Assembly (NCBI GenBank): GCA_963678065.2
Contig: CAXXVZ010000003.1
Coordinates: 896,001 to 960,000, forward strand
DNA from: Treponemataceae bacterium
GTDB lineage: Bacteria > Spirochaetota > Spirochaetia > Treponematales > Rectinemataceae
DNA: 64,000 bases
Direction: 5' to 3'
The notes beneath the pieces were generated by a model. That model saw only the letters and a program-made list of their open reading frames with translations. It had not been told where the DNA came from and ran no database searches. The position numbers were made by a program, and so were the translations under genes. This document shows, piece by piece, positions 9,143-20,243 of the stretch. Position 1 is the first letter of the stretch. Every line of letters starts with the position of its first letter.

Positions 9143-10470
9143 CAGCTTCTCCCTCCAAGGCGCCGGAGCCAGAACAGAGAGCCTGCAATGACGGCTACAG
9201 CGTTGGGCGCCCACATGGCAAGGGTAGGGTCGATATTGAAACGCGTTCCGAGAGTCTGCCCGGCGAGGAGGAGTGCCCAGTAGAACACGGAGACGAGGAT
9301 GCCGAGGCCGAAGCCGACAGAGCGGCCGGCGCGCTTCGTGCCGAGACCGAGAGGAAAGGCGAGAAACACGAAGAATAGAGCCCCGGCGGGTATGGAGAAT
9401 TTTTTCGCGTACTCCAGCAAGTAGACCTGGAGGCTGCGATCGGAGATGACGGGCTCGGAGAGGGCCTGGACGACACTCCGAGTCTGGGCTGCCCTGCCGA
9501 GTACCGTCTTCCAGTCCGCGCCTGTAGCGACGCCGGACTCGTATATTTCGCCGAGTTTTTCGCGGCTCGCCATCAGCTCGAGACTCCGGGATGAGAGTCT
9601 CTCTTCGATCGCCCGCCGCTTTTCTCCGATCGCACGGGCGAGGTCGCGCGAAGCCATCTCGCGGGGCCCGATCTGTACCAGGGCCTCTCCCCGCTCGCGC
9701 AGTTTGACCCTGTAGATCAGTGAGGCCGCCTGAGCCCATTCGAAACTGTTTTTCTTATCCTGTCTCAGAGTCTGCTGCCAGACGCCATCGAGGGAAAGAG
9801 TCGCCTCGAAGGAGCCCAAGCCCATGTCGAGCCTCGCCCTGGAGGCGCTGATGATGCGCCTCTCACCGTTTCCCGGGGAATCAAAGACAAGTATGTCGCC
9901 GATATCGCCTTCCCTGGCCGCGCCCGTGACGACGACGGCCTCACCGAAGCGCTTGACGGAAAAGGGGCCAAGCTCCACGGCCGGCGTCGCCGCGATGACC
10001 TTGCGATAGAGTTTTCCGAATTCCAAAGTGCCGAGTGGAAGGAAGACATCGTTCATCACGAAGGAGAAGGCGCTGATGGCGATGGCGAGGAGGAGGAATG
10101 GCATGAACACGGTCTTGATGCGGATGCCCGCCGCCATACAGGCGAGTATCTCTCCATCGGAAGACAGCCGGCCCGCCGCCATGAGGGCCCCGACAAGGGA
10201 GGCGAAGGGAAAGGATATGGCGAAGATAGACGGAGTCGCGTAGAGGAGGAGGAGGAGGACCTGGCCTGTCGGAGCCTTCTTGGACAATATGTCCTCGGCC
10301 ATGAGGAGAAGCTGGTTCACGAAAAAGATCGCAAAAAAGAAGAGAAAGGCGACTGTGAAGCAAAAGAGAAACTCGTAGGACACATAAGCCCACAGGGTCC
10401 GGGGAATTCCGGGACGGGAATGTCCCCTGGATCTCCGGCCATCCCCAAGGAGTGCCATCGTCTCCGGCAT
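9142..10470 (-). CDS. lptF: LptF/LptG-family permease (first subunit)
   Basis: GRLSSDGEILACMAAGI, KKFSIP and LAMWAPN motifs. Confidence 0.87.
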   Translation of the reverse strand: MPETMALLGDGRRSRGHSRPGIPRTLWAYVSYEFLFCFTVAFLFFFAIFFVNQLLLMAEDILSKKAPTGQVLLLLLYATPSIFAISFPFASLVGALMAAGRLSSDGEILACMAAGIRIKTVFMPFLLLAIAISAFSFVMNDVFLPLGTLEFGKLYRKVIAATPAVELGPFSVKRFGEAVVVTGAAREGDIGDILVFDSPGNGERRIISASRARLDMGLGSFEATLSLDGVWQQTLRQDKKNSFEWAQAASLIYRVKLRERGEALVQIGPREMASRDLARAIGEKRRAIEERLSSRSLELMASREKLGEIYESGVATGADWKTVLGRAAQTRSVVQALSEPVISDRSLQVYLLEYAKKFSIPAGALFFVFLAFPLGLGTKRAGRSVGFGLGILVSVFYWALLLAGQTLGTRFNIDPTLAMWAPNAVAVIAGSLFWLRRLGGRS

Positions 10471-10910
10471 CAGATCCCCGTGGAACCGAAGCCCCCGGAA
10501 CCCCTTCCAGTCTCTTCGAGGGAATCGCGGAGGGAAAATGCTGCGCGGCAGCAGGGCGCGACGACCATCTGCGCAATCCTGTCACCGTGATTGATCGTGA
10601 AGGATTCACTTCCGAGATTGGCGAGGATGACTTTGATCTCTCCCCGGTAATCGGAGTCGACGGTTCCAGGGGAGTTGAGGCAGGTGATGCCTTTCCCCAG
10701 GGCGAGTCCCGAACGGGGTCGGATCTGGGCCTCGTATCCTGGAGGCAGTGCCATCCTGAGCCCGGTGGGAATCGCTGCCCGGGCTCCCGGAGCGAGGGTC
10801 ACGGGCATATCGAGGCAGGCGCGCAGATCGGCGCCCGCCGCACCCGCGGTGCGGTATTCCGGCAATGTGGCACCATGTATGGCCGTCATGAAAATTTCAG
10901 GTTCAATCAC
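10470..10910 (-). CDS. dut: dUTP pyrophosphatase
   Basis: [23 protein letters not shown] and [10 protein letters not shown] motifs. Confidence 0.97.
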   Translation of the reverse strand: MIEPEIFMTAIHGATLPEYRTAGAAGADLRACLDMPVTLAPGARAAIPTGLRMALPPGYEAQIRPRSGLALGKGITCLNSPGTVDSDYRGEIKVILANLGSESFTINHGDRIAQMVVAPCCRAAFSLRDSLEETGRGSGGFGSTGI

Positions 10911-12192
10911 GGCTACCTCCGTCGGACGTCATCGCGCGCAGGGCGCCCGAGCTGTGTTTTCCGTACGCGAACCTGGCCCGGGGAACGGAGGCAAACAGGC
11001 GCAAGGCCAGCTCCCGGATTTCATCCGCGCGGATCATGGCGTACAGGGCTCCCGTATCGTCGGCGGAAAGCGTTTCGCCATTGGTCATGTACTGACGGGC
11101 GAGACGACGCATGCGAAAATCTGGGTCGTCCAGAGCCAGCTCGTAAGAACCGCAGAGACGCGACACCGCCTCCTCGCACTCCGGCGTGGATATATCGCCG
11201 GTCGCGACCGAATCCATTACCGATTCGAACTCCCGGACCATCGCCGAGAATTTTCCGGGCTGAACCACCGCCTGCGCCATCCACAAGCATTCCATCCGGG
11301 TGATCGCAAACCCCGAGTACACGGAGTAGCACAGTCCCTTCCGCTCCCTGAGAGATTGGAAAAGCCTCGAACCTGCCGCCTCTCCTATGATGGAGTTGAG
11401 GGCGGAAAGCGTGTAATACTCTTTCCTCCCGAATGGCGGATCGAGCTGTGCGGCTTGATAATAGTATATCTGAGATGATTTTGCCACATGAAAAGAGTTG
11501 ACGGACCTGAAAGTCGGCACCTGCGTCGCGGGGAGCGTACCGGCTGCCGGCACACCGACGCGGGAGAAAGCTTCTTCGATGGCCTGTGAAAATCGTTGCA
11601 CAACAAGGGAATCAGCCAGCGGAGAAGAGACGGAGATGACGAGGTTCCCCGGCGTGAAATGCTTTCTGTAGAAGGCGTACACCTCGTCCCGGGACATGGC
11701 GAGCACTTCCTGCGCCGTTCCCGCTATCGGCAAGGAGGCCGGATCGCCGCTCCATACACGGGACATGAACTCGTCGTGGGAGCTCTCGTCGGGGTCGTCC
11801 TCGATCTGCAGGATTTCGCTGGCGACGACATCCTGTTCCCTGACGAATTCGTCCTCCGGAAAGGTCGAGGCGAAGACCATGTCGACGAGGACGTCGACGG
11901 CGACCGTCCACGCGGAAGCGGGTACGATGCAGTGGAAACAGACACAATCCCTCTCGGTATATGCGTTGGCATAGCCGCCGACGCGGTCGAACTCGCGGGC
12001 GATATCGCTCGCGCCGCGCCTGGCCGTGCCCTTGAAGAGCATGTGTTCGACAAAGTGGACGAAGCCCCGCTCGCGCGGGGCTTCGTGCCGGGAGCCGATG
12101 GGAAACCACAGGCCCGCGACGAAGGATCGTGTCCCCTCCGCCGGCTCGGTCAGGAGGACCGCGCCGCCGGAAAGAAGAACGGGATCGGGCAT
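10903..12192 (-). CDS. M16 family zinc peptidase (insulinase-like)
   Basis: Inverted Zn motif [15 protein letters not shown] and [15 protein letters not shown]. Typical neighbour of pnp. Confidence 0.93.
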   Translation of the reverse strand: MPDPVLLSGGAVLLTEPAEGTRSFVAGLWFPIGSRHEAPRERGFVHFVEHMLFKGTARRGASDIAREFDRVGGYANAYTERDCVCFHCIVPASAWTVAVDVLVDMVFASTFPEDEFVREQDVVASEILQIEDDPDESSHDEFMSRVWSGDPASLPIAGTAQEVLAMSRDEVYAFYRKHFTPGNLVISVSSPLADSLVVQRFSQAIEEAFSRVGVPAAGTLPATQVPTFRSVNSFHVAKSSQIYYYQAAQLDPPFGRKEYYTLSALNSIIGEAAGSRLFQSLRERKGLCYSVYSGFAITRMECLWMAQAVVQPGKFSAMVREFESVMDSVATGDISTPECEEAVSRLCGSYELALDDPDFRMRRLARQYMTNGETLSADDTGALYAMIRADEIRELALRLFASVPRARFAYGKHSSGALRAMTSDGGSRD

Positions 12193-12195
12193 CGA

Positions 12196-14439
12196 TCAGC
12201 GTCTCGGGAAAGAGTCCCTTCGGTCTCCTCCCCTGTCGGGGCCCCTCGAGTCGGGGCGGCGGTCGTGGCCGCGATCATAGCCGCCACGGCCCTCCGAAGA
12301 GCGCCCGCCCTCGTAAGGCCTGTGCTCTTCGCGCCTCTCGGGCATCGGGCTGTTGCCATTCTCGTCGAGGGAGTCGACGTGGGCGAGATTGAGACGGCCG
12401 AGCCTGTCGATTTCGAGAAGCTTGACCCGGACCTTCTGGCCTTCCTGGACGACGTCGGAGACTTTCTCTATCCTGCCCTTTCCGAGGCGGGAAATGTGGC
12501 AGAGCCCTTCCTTGCCGGGAAGTATCTCGATGAAGGCTCCGAAATCCATGAGGCGCTTGACGACACCGTCGTAGATGCGGCCGACCTCGGGGTCCTCCAC
12601 GATGCCCTTGATCGCGTCGCGGGCCTCGTAGGCGGCTTTCTGGTTCTTTCCATAGACCGTCACAGAGCCATCGTCGTCGACATTGATCTGGACATCGTAC
12701 TTCTCGCAGAGCGCCTTGATGTTCTTTCCGCCGGGCCCGATGATGGCGCCGATCTTGTCGGCGGGGACGCTCGTGGAGACGACCTTGGGGGCGTATTCGG
12801 AGATGTCCGCGGAGGGGACCGCTATCGTCTGCTCCATGATCCCGAGGATGTGGAGCCTGCCACGCCTGGCCTGTTCGAGGGCTACACGCATGATCTCGGT
12901 CGACACGCCGTCGATCTTGATGTCCATCTGGAAGCCGGTGATACCGCTCGTCGTTCCCGCGACCTTGAAGTCCATGTCGCCGAGGTGATCCTCGTCGCCG
13001 AGGATATCGGAGAGCACGGCGTAGCGGCCGCCGTCGGTGATGAGTCCCATCGCGATGCCGGCCACGGGCTTCCTGAGGGGAACGCCCGCGTGGAGGAGGG
13101 AGAGTGTTCCGGCGCAGACCGTCGCCATCGAGGAAGAGCCGTTGGACTCGAGGACCTCGGAGACGATCCGGATGGTGTAGGGGAATTTTTCCTTGGAGGG
13201 GATGACGGCCTCGATGGCCCTGCGGGCGAGGTGGCCGTGACCGATTTCGCGCCTTCCGGTGCCGAGCCGGCCGACTTCGCCGACCGAGAAGGGGGGGAAG
13301 TTGTAGTGGAGCATGAAGCGCTCGCGGCGGTCGCCTTCGATATCGTCGAATATCTGCTCGTCGAAGACGGTGCCGAGAGTAGTCACACCGAGAGCCTGGG
13401 TCTCGCCACGGGTGAAGAGCGCGGAACCGTGGGTCCTGGGGAGGATTCCGATCTCGCAGGTGATGGGCCTGATGTCCTCGAGGCCCCGGCCGTCGACGCG
13501 GGTTCCCTTGTCCAGGATGCCGCTACGGAGGATTTCGTACTGAAGATCTTCCATGAGAGCCGCGAAGAGCTTCTTCTGGATCTCGTCCGTGAGGACCTCG
13601 GCGAACTTCTCCTCCGTGGCCTTGATGGCCACATGGATGGCCGCGTAGCGTTCCTGCTTTATCTTCGTAAAGAGGGCCGTGGAAAGAAGGCCCCGGGCAA
13701 AGGCAGCTATCTCGTCTTTGCGCGTGAGCTCGACCTTGAGGGGAGCGAGAGGAAGCTTGGGCTTGCCTGCGAGCGCCACGAGTTTGACGATAGTCGCGCA
13801 GATATCGCCGATGGGCGCGCGGGCGCGCTCGATGGCCTCGATCATCTCCTCTTCCGAACACTCGCTGGAGCCACCCTCGACCATGGTGATGCCGACAGCG
13901 GTTCCCGCGACGACGATCTCGAGACGCGATTTCTCGATCTGCTCGTAGGTGGGGTTGATGATGTATTCATCCCCGACGAGGCAGACACGGACGGCCGCGA
14001 TGGGGCCGCCGAAGGGTATGTCCGAAATGCAGACTGCGGCGCTGGCCGCGTTTACGCCGACGATGTCGGGCGGGTTGACGAGGTCGGTGGAGATGCAGGT
14101 GGGGACCACCTGGATCTCCCGTCCGAAAGCCTTGTCGAAGAGGGGCCGCATCGGGCGATCGATGATGCGGGAAACGAGGATTTCACGGTCCTTCGGGCGC
14201 GTCTCGCGCTTGATGAAGCCGCCGGGGATCTTTCCCGCCGCGTAATATTTTTCGTTGTACTCGACGGTGAGGGGAACGAAATCCAGTCCCTCCGTCACCT
14301 TGTCGGAAGCGCAGGCCGTCGCGATGATGGCGCTGTTGCCGTAGGTCGCGAACACGGCGCCGTTGGCCTGCTTGGCCATGCGCCCCGTTTCGAAAACGAG
14401 GTCCTCGTTTCCGATGCGGCATGAAATCTTATGCACCAT
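12196..14439 (-). CDS. pnp: Polyribonucleotide nucleotidyltransferase
   Basis: RIIDRPMRPLF, ESNGSSSMA, DMDFKVAG, KH and S1 domains. Confidence 0.98.
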   Translation of the reverse strand: MVHKISCRIGNEDLVFETGRMAKQANGAVFATYGNSAIIATACASDKVTEGLDFVPLTVEYNEKYYAAGKIPGGFIKRETRPKDREILVSRIIDRPMRPLFDKAFGREIQVVPTCISTDLVNPPDIVGVNAASAAVCISDIPFGGPIAAVRVCLVGDEYIINPTYEQIEKSRLEIVVAGTAVGITMVEGGSSECSEEEMIEAIERARAPIGDICATIVKLVALAGKPKLPLAPLKVELTRKDEIAAFARGLLSTALFTKIKQERYAAIHVAIKATEEKFAEVLTDEIQKKLFAALMEDLQYEILRSGILDKGTRVDGRGLEDIRPITCEIGILPRTHGSALFTRGETQALGVTTLGTVFDEQIFDDIEGDRRERFMLHYNFPPFSVGEVGRLGTGRREIGHGHLARRAIEAVIPSKEKFPYTIRIVSEVLESNGSSSMATVCAGTLSLLHAGVPLRKPVAGIAMGLITDGGRYAVLSDILGDEDHLGDMDFKVAGTTSGITGFQMDIKIDGVSTEIMRVALEQARRGRLHILGIMEQTIAVPSADISEYAPKVVSTSVPADKIGAIIGPGGKNIKALCEKYDVQINVDDDGSVTVYGKNQKAAYEARDAIKGIVEDPEVGRIYDGVVKRLMDFGAFIEILPGKEGLCHISRLGKGRIEKVSDVVQEGQKVRVKLLEIDRLGRLNLAHVDSLDENGNSPMPERREEHRPYEGGRSSEGRGGYDRGHDRRPDSRGPDRGGDRRDSFPRR

Positions 14440-14541
14440 TTTTTCCTTCTTGTATGTTGCACAAATGCGATAAGGCCCGAACGCTTTCTGTCCGGGCCTC
14501 CCGACTGAACCGGAACGCCCCGGGTAAGGGCCGGTCCGATA

Positions 14542-14811
14542 TCACTTGCGGATCTGGAGTTTTTCCAGAATGGCGCGATACGCCGCGAGATCGGAGCGCT
14601 GGAGATATTTGAGGAGGCGGCGGCGCTGCCCGATCATCTTGAGCATTCCTCGTCTGGAATTGGTGTCTTTCTTGTTGATTTTGAAGTGCTCAGTAAGGTA
14701 GGTGATCCTTCCGGTCAGGAGCGCAATCTGGGTTTCCGTGGAACCGGTGTTCTTCTCGCCCTTGCCATAGTCAAGTATGATCTGCGCCTTGTCTTCTTTT
14801 GTCAAAGCCAT
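14542..14811 (-). CDS. rpsO: 30S ribosomal protein S15
   Basis: TGSTETQIALLT...RRGMLKMIGQRRRLLKYL. Confidence 0.98.
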   Translation of the reverse strand: MALTKEDKAQIILDYGKGEKNTGSTETQIALLTGRITYLTEHFKINKKDTNSRRGMLKMIGQRRRLLKYLQRSDLAAYRAILEKLQIRK

Positions 14812-14826
14812 TCTTTCTATCTCCTT

Positions 14827-15621
14827 CTACTCTCTTGATACCTTGTCGATGAAATACAGTGCCGATGGTCCCGCGTCCATGGCTGTTTCGATGACCCAGT
14901 GCCCCATCACGAGCTCGGCCGTGCCGGGATAGCGTCGATCCTGCCACTCCACATCGACGGCATACTTGCCTGGCGGGGGGACGATGGCGAGATCGGGTGC
15001 GTGCAACGAAAAGCGGCCTTCGGCAATCCTGGTGCAGGGGCTGCTGGTGCAGTCAATACCGTAGGGCCTTCCGAGCATCGAGCCCGCCTCCGTCAGCTTT
15101 CCTTCAAGAATGGCTTTCCGGATACGACTCGAGCTGATCGGTTTTCCGTTCCAGTTCACGGGACCGAGGATTTCCGACTCCACGCCGGATTCGACGCAGA
15201 GGATGGCGAGAGCCGCCGCGTCGGTGTCCAGCTTGTATCCGCAACGAAAGTCGGAACCCACAGCAATATACTGCAGACCGCCCGCATCGCGCAACGAAGA
15301 CAGAAATTCGCTCCCTGAGAGTTTACCGAAATCCGAGGAAAAGTCAATCAGTACACAGAGTTCCACGCCCGTTTCCCGGATCAGGCCGAGCTTCCCCTCG
15401 AGACTGTACAGGTCGCCGTGGAAGGTCTTGGGGTGGAGGAAGCGCTTCGGATTTTCGCGAAAAGTGAAGACCGCAGAATGCATCCCCGGCGACCTCCTGG
15501 TGACCTTGGAGATGAGGGCCCTGTGCCCGAGATGGAGACCGTCGAAGACCCCGACGGTCGCCGCGAGCGGCTGCCAGGTCGCGCCGGAGGTAAGGAATTC
15601 TTTCCAGTCGAGGATGGTCAC
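14827..15621 (-). CDS. ribF: FAD synthetase (RibF N-terminal domain; kinase domain degenerate)
   Basis: GVFDGLHLGH, VGSDFRCG, ISSSRIR and MLGRPY present; no PTAN kinase motif. Confidence 0.85.
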   Translation of the reverse strand: MTILDWKEFLTSGATWQPLAATVGVFDGLHLGHRALISKVTRRSPGMHSAVFTFRENPKRFLHPKTFHGDLYSLEGKLGLIRETGVELCVLIDFSSDFGKLSGSEFLSSLRDAGGLQYIAVGSDFRCGYKLDTDAAALAILCVESGVESEILGPVNWNGKPISSSRIRKAILEGKLTEAGSMLGRPYGIDCTSSPCTRIAEGRFSLHAPDLAIVPPPGKYAVDVEWQDRRYPGTAELVMGHWVIETAMDAGPSALYFIDKVSRE

Positions 15622-16544
15622 GGGTTCCTCCCCGCGACGAAACGGTAGATGGCCCGCTGTCCTGAGAGTTCAGCCATGCCGAGAAATTCTCCCTCGCGCG
15701 TGAAGACCGCCGAACACGCGGCTTCGATCACGGCTTTTGCTAATCCGATTCCCGCAGTCTTCTGCGCCTCAGTCGGGAATGCGAAGGACGAACTCGGCAG
15801 CGCCGCCCCGTTCATGAAGGCGTTGACCAGTTCCGCGTCGAGCAGACGAACCGGTATTCCGAGCGAGGCGGCCATGCCCGGAGTGAAGCAAAGAAGATCG
15901 CGGGAAGGATCAAAGCGTTCGGGCGTCACGGCCATGTCGAGGGAGAAGGGCCCGATCGACAGTCTCGTAAGCTTTTCGAGGTGTGCGCAGCTTCCGGCCG
16001 CGCGGGCGATATCCCGCGCCAAAGAGCGTATGTAGGTCCCCGAGCCGCATTCGATGAGGAAGACAGCCCTGCCCTCTGCATAGTCTTCCAGTTCGAGCCG
16101 CCGGATATCGACGGGGCGCGGTTTCATCTCGGGTGTCTCGCCGGCGAGCACCCTCTCGTAGGCCCTTTTGCCGTCAAGATGGACTGCTGAGTATGCGGGC
16201 GGCGACTGGAGTATCCGTCCCTTGAAAGAAGGGAGAACGGCTTCGATCGCTTCCCTGGTCGGTATTGACGAAGAGAATATGACATCGCCCTCGGGGTCGA
16301 GAGTGTCGGTCTCGGTGCCGAAGAGCACCGTCGCCCTGTACACCTTGTCGCAGCCCGCGAAAAAGGGAACCAGCCGCGTGTAGCTGCCGGAAAAAAGCAC
16401 CAGAAGCCCTGTGGCGAAACGGTCGAGCGTACCCGCATGACCGACCTTGCGGGTTTTCAGCGCCCTTTTGACCGGGCCGAGTGTCTGGAAAGAAGTGAGG
16501 TTCGCGGGCTTGTCCAGAAAGACAATGCCCGTGGATTCATTCAC
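15618..16544 (-). CDS. truB: tRNA pseudouridine(55) synthase
   Basis: KVGHAGTLDRFATG, PPAYSA and CGSGTYIRSLARD motifs. Confidence 0.97.
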   Translation of the reverse strand: MNESTGIVFLDKPANLTSFQTLGPVKRALKTRKVGHAGTLDRFATGLLVLFSGSYTRLVPFFAGCDKVYRATVLFGTETDTLDPEGDVIFSSSIPTREAIEAVLPSFKGRILQSPPAYSAVHLDGKRAYERVLAGETPEMKPRPVDIRRLELEDYAEGRAVFLIECGSGTYIRSLARDIARAAGSCAHLEKLTRLSIGPFSLDMAVTPERFDPSRDLLCFTPGMAASLGIPVRLLDAELVNAFMNGAALPSSSFAFPTEAQKTAGIGLAKAVIEAACSAVFTREGEFLGMAELSGQRAIYRFVAGRNP

Positions 16545-16939
16545 GAAAAGAGACTCCTCATCCGCTCGTTGATCTCGAAGCCTTCCCGTATGCCGCGGTC
16601 GGCCACGAACTGGAGTTTCGGCGTAAGCCTGACCCGTATCCGCTTTGCAACCTGAGCCTGGATGAAGCCAGCGGCACTCTGAAGCCCTGCGACAGCGGCC
16701 GCGAGCAGCTTGTCTGCCTCCGCAGCCCCCTCCGCCTCCCCTTCCTCGCTCCGGTCCACGAGCGACTGGGCAAAAGTGCTCACGTATACCTTGGCGTGTG
16801 AGGCATCCCGGGCCGCTTCGACCCGGGTGACCGACACGAGGGGCCCCACGCGGGGATCCTTGACCTCTCCGTTCACTATGAGGGCGGCAATCTCCTCGCG
16901 GAGCTGCTCCTCAAGCATCTTATGCCTTTTTTCGTCCAT
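16541..16939 (-). CDS. rbfA: Ribosome-binding factor A
   Basis: [18 protein letters not shown] and TPKLQF motifs; lies between infB and truB. Confidence 0.95.
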   Translation of the reverse strand: MDEKRHKMLEEQLREEIAALIVNGEVKDPRVGPLVSVTRVEAARDASHAKVYVSTFAQSLVDRSEEGEAEGAAEADKLLAAAVAGLQSAAGFIQAQVAKRIRVRLTPKLQFVADRGIREGFEINERMRSLFS

Positions 16940-19900
16940 CAGTTGTCACCGCCGGGCTCAGTGTCCTGGCCACCTCGATAGTCTCGTAGACCTCGAGAGT
17001 GTCTCCCGTCTGCAGATCATTGCAGTTTTCTATGCCGATACCGCACTCGTAGCCTGCGGCCACTTCTTTGGCATCGTCCTTAAATCGCTTGAGCGAGGTG
17101 ATCTTGCCCTGGAAAATCTCGATATCCTCGCGGATGACGCGGACCTGGCAATTGCGCTTGACCAGGCCCTCGAGGACGAAGCAGCCGGCGACGATGCCGA
17201 CCTTGGGAACCTTGAAGGTATCCCTGACCTCGATCTTTCCGATCTCCTGTTCCTTGAGTTCCGGCGCCAGCATCCCTTCCATCGCCTTCTGGATCTCTTC
17301 CTGGGCGCGGTAGATGATGTTGTACTTCCTGATGTCGACTTTTTCCTGGTCGGCGAGGGCTTTCGCTCTGGCACTCGGGCGGACGTTGAAGGCGATGATG
17401 ATCGCGTCTGAGGCGGAGGCGAGGTTGACGTCGTCCTCCGTGATGGCGCCGGCAGCCGCCCTGAGGACGGAGAGCCTGACTTCGGACGTGGACAACTTCT
17501 CGAGGAGTCCCTTGAGGGCTTCGACCGATCCGTGCACGTCGCCCTTGATGATAACCTTGAGTTCCTGCACGGCGCCATCGTGAATGGTGTCGTAGAGGTT
17601 GTCGAGGGTGACTTTCTTGACGTTCTTCGCTTCCTCGTACTTCTTGAGTTCCTGGCGTTTGTCGGAGATGGCGCGGGCGAACTTCTCGTCCTCCACCACC
17701 TCGAAGGGGTCGCCGGAATTGGGGATTCCCTCGAAGCCGATCACCTCGACGGGCATCGAAGGACCTGCCTCGTTGATGCGCAATCCCTTGTCAGTGAAGA
17801 GCGCCCTGACCTTGCCGGGGAAGATTCCCGCGACGAAGGGGTCGCCGATGCGGAGGGTGCCCCGCTCGATGATGACGGTGGACACGATGCCACGCCCCTG
17901 GTCGATCCTGGACTCCAGAATCTTGCCTTCGGCGAATCTGTCATAATTGGCCGTGAGCTCGAGAACCTCGGCCTGGAGGAGGATTGCGTCGAGAAGCTCG
18001 GGAATACCCTTCTTCTGCAGAGCCGAAATCTCGCAGAACATGGTCGTGCCACCCCACTGCTCGGGGATGAGGCCGATCTCGGAGAGCTGGGTCTTGACCC
18101 TGTCAGGATTGGCTTCGGGGAGGTCGATCTTGTTGATCGCGACGATTATGGGTAGGTTCGCCGCCTTCGCGTGATCGATCGCCTCGCGGGTCTGAGGCAT
18201 GACACCGTCGTTCGCCGCGACGACGAGGACGATGATGTCCGTGATCTTGGCGCCGCGCGCCCGCATCTTGGTGAAGGCCTCGTGTCCCGGAGTGTCGAGG
18301 AAAGTTATCCTGCCCTTGGGTGTCTCGACCTGGTAGGCGCCGATGTGCTGGGTTATCCCGCCGAACTCGCCGGCGACGACGTCCGTCTTGCGGATCGCGT
18401 CGAGGAGTTTTGTCTTTCCGTGGTCGACGTGGCCCATGACGGTGACAATAGGAGGCCTGTGAACCATGTCCGATGCGATGTCGACCTTTTTCTCTATGAC
18501 GGTTTCGTCGTAGAGGGAGACGATGTGAACCGAACAGCCATACTCGCTCGCGAGAATCGTCGCCGTATCGGCGTCGATCTTCTGGTTGATCGTCGCCATG
18601 ACGCCGAGTCCCATCAGCTTTCCGATGAGTTCGGCCGGCTTTATGTTCATCTTTTTGGCGAGTTCGGAGACCGAGATGGTCTCCATGATGTCGATTTCCT
18701 TGGGGATGGCCATCGCCCTGGCTTCGGCCTTCTTTTTCTGCTGGAGCGCCTTCTCGGCTTCTTCGTCCCTTTTGGTGAAGGAGGTCTTGCGCTTGGTGAT
18801 CGGCTTGCGCATGGCAGTCTTGCCGGTGAGGGGAGTCGGACCAGTGCCAGGCTTTCCGCCCGGTCCCGGCCTGCCACCACCGCCGCCATAGCCGCCAGGT
18901 CTGCCGGGACCGTAGCCACCGGGCCTCTGTCCGCCATAGCCGCCCGCGCCGGGGGCGCCGGGTCTGCCGGGGCCATAACCACCGGGCCTCTGCCCGCCGT
19001 AGCCGCCTGGAGCGCTCTGGCCGCCGTAACCGCCGGACTGTCCCTGATAGCCGCCGGGTCTCTGTCCGCCGTAGCCGCCGCCCGAAGCCCCGCCCTGGCC
19101 GCCGTAACCGCCGGACTGTCCCTGGTAGCCGCCGGGTCTCTGTCCGCCGTAGCCGCCGCCCGAAGCCCCGCCCTGGCCGCCGTAACCGCCGGACTGTCCC
19201 TGGTAGCCGCCGGGCCTCTGCCCGCCGTAGCCGCCGCCCGAAGCCCCGCCCTGGCCGCCGTAACCGCCGGACTGTCCCTGGTAGCCGCCGGGCCTCTGCC
19301 CGCCGTAGCCGCCGCTTGAAGCCCCGCCCTGGCCGCCGTAACCGCCGGATTGCCCTTGGTAGCCGCCGGACTGTCCCTGATAGCCGCCGGGCCTCTGCCC
19401 GCCGTAGCCACCCGAAGATCCGCCCTGACCCTGGTAACCAGAAGGGCGCTGTCCGCCCTGACCGTATCCTGAGGAAGATTGTCCGTAACCGCCGGATCTC
19501 TGCCCACCGTAGCCGCCAGGAGATGAAGGCGAAGAGGAACTCTGACCGCCCTGATAGCCCCCCTGCTGTCCCTGGTAGCCGCCAGATCTCTGTCCGCCAT
19601 AACCGCCCGAAGCTCCGCCCTGGCCATAACCAGGTCTCGGAGCGCCAGAGCTGACAGGTCTTTGCCCGGGAACGGCACCCTGGGAACGCGGATCAGCATG
19701 ACCAGACTGTCCGCTCATGCCGGCCTGCGCTGGCCTGGGCTGCGCACCCTGGCCCGCCTGGAAGTTCCGCTGCGCGGAAGCGCCTTCCAAAGATCTCTCC
19801 GCAGACGGGGGCTGGGCTCTATCCGCAGGAGCCGCCTGATCAGATGACCGGGAAGGTGCCGGAGTCTGTTCCTGCCGTCCCGCCGACTGGGGCTGGATCT

Positions 19901-20234
19901 GGGATGAGTCCGCGGCCGGGGACTGGGTCCGAGACTGCGCAGATGACTCCTGACCGCTCGTGGGTTGGGAAACGGCGCGAAGAGCTTCGCGCGGGGCTCC
20001 CTCCGCCTCGCCACGGTCGGTCTCGACCTGCTGGGCATCGTCGTGGTGAGCCACCACGCGCGCCTGCGGCTTCTTTACGACGACGACTTTTTTCTTTACG
20101 ACGACGACCTTGCGCTTTTCGCCTCCGGCCTCGTGTTCCTGAGCCGGAACAACTTGTTCCGGATTCTGCGGAACGGCCTTCGGCTGTTTGATGAGATTTG
20201 CTTTCTTCTGCGGATTCTCGGTGTTATCGGTCAT
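16920..20234 (-). CDS. infB: Translation initiation factor IF-2 with expanded Gly/Tyr/Gln-rich N-terminal region
   Basis: [17 protein letters not shown] and NKID GTPase motifs; C-terminal SLKRFKDD...ECGI. Confidence 0.98.
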   Translation of the reverse strand: MTDNTENPQKKANLIKQPKAVPQNPEQVVPAQEHEAGGEKRKVVVVKKKVVVVKKPQARVVAHHDDAQQVETDRGEAEGAPREALRAVSQPTSGQESSAQSRTQSPAADSSQIQPQSAGRQEQTPAPSRSSDQAAPADRAQPPSAERSLEGASAQRNFQAGQGAQPRPAQAGMSGQSGHADPRSQGAVPGQRPVSSGAPRPGYGQGGASGGYGGQRSGGYQGQQGGYQGGQSSSSPSSPGGYGGQRSGGYGQSSSGYGQGGQRPSGYQGQGGSSGGYGGQRPGGYQGQSGGYQGQSGGYGGQGGASSGGYGGQRPGGYQGQSGGYGGQGGASGGGYGGQRPGGYQGQSGGYGGQGGASGGGYGGQRPGGYQGQSGGYGGQGGASGGGYGGQRPGGYQGQSGGYGGQSAPGGYGGQRPGGYGPGRPGAPGAGGYGGQRPGGYGPGRPGGYGGGGGRPGPGGKPGTGPTPLTGKTAMRKPITKRKTSFTKRDEEAEKALQQKKKAEARAMAIPKEIDIMETISVSELAKKMNIKPAELIGKLMGLGVMATINQKIDADTATILASEYGCSVHIVSLYDETVIEKKVDIASDMVHRPPIVTVMGHVDHGKTKLLDAIRKTDVVAGEFGGITQHIGAYQVETPKGRITFLDTPGHEAFTKMRARGAKITDIIVLVVAANDGVMPQTREAIDHAKAANLPIIVAINKIDLPEANPDRVKTQLSEIGLIPEQWGGTTMFCEISALQKKGIPELLDAILLQAEVLELTANYDRFAEGKILESRIDQGRGIVSTVIIERGTLRIGDPFVAGIFPGKVRALFTDKGLRINEAGPSMPVEVIGFEGIPNSGDPFEVVEDEKFARAISDKRQELKKYEEAKNVKKVTLDNLYDTIHDGAVQELKVIIKGDVHGSVEALKGLLEKLSTSEVRLSVLRAAAGAITEDDVNLASASDAIIIAFNVRPSARAKALADQEKVDIRKYNIIYRAQEEIQKAMEGMLAPELKEQEIGKIEVRDTFKVPKVGIVAGCFVLEGLVKRNCQVRVIREDIEIFQGKITSLKRFKDDAKEVAAGYECGIGIENCNDLQTGDTLEVYETIEVARTLSPAVTTDGRKKA
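19021..19350. repeat. 78-bp in-frame tandem repeat in infB (4 full copies plus a partial), inside a wider degenerate array ~18880-19630
   Basis: Unit starts CCGCCGTAACCGCCGGA at 19021, 19099, 19177, 19255 and 19333. It encodes [26 protein letters not shown]. Confidence 0.95.
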
Positions 20235-20243
20235 ACCTTCCCT

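Noticed and set aside
8033..9739. 568-aa version of the LptG-like ORF
   Set aside because: The first ~200 codons overlap lptF in another frame and look non-coding; the real start is ATG 9142.
11596..14424. 942-aa ORF on + antisense to pnp, and similar long shadow ORFs (4952-6058, 27048-28523, 38215-39900, 61064-63202)
   Set aside because: Antisense or alternate frames of well-supported genes. High-GC codon bias suppresses stops, and I found no recognisable motifs.
19021..19350. Regular 78-bp repeats as a possible CRISPR array
   Set aside because: No unique spacers, in frame within infB, and no cas genes.
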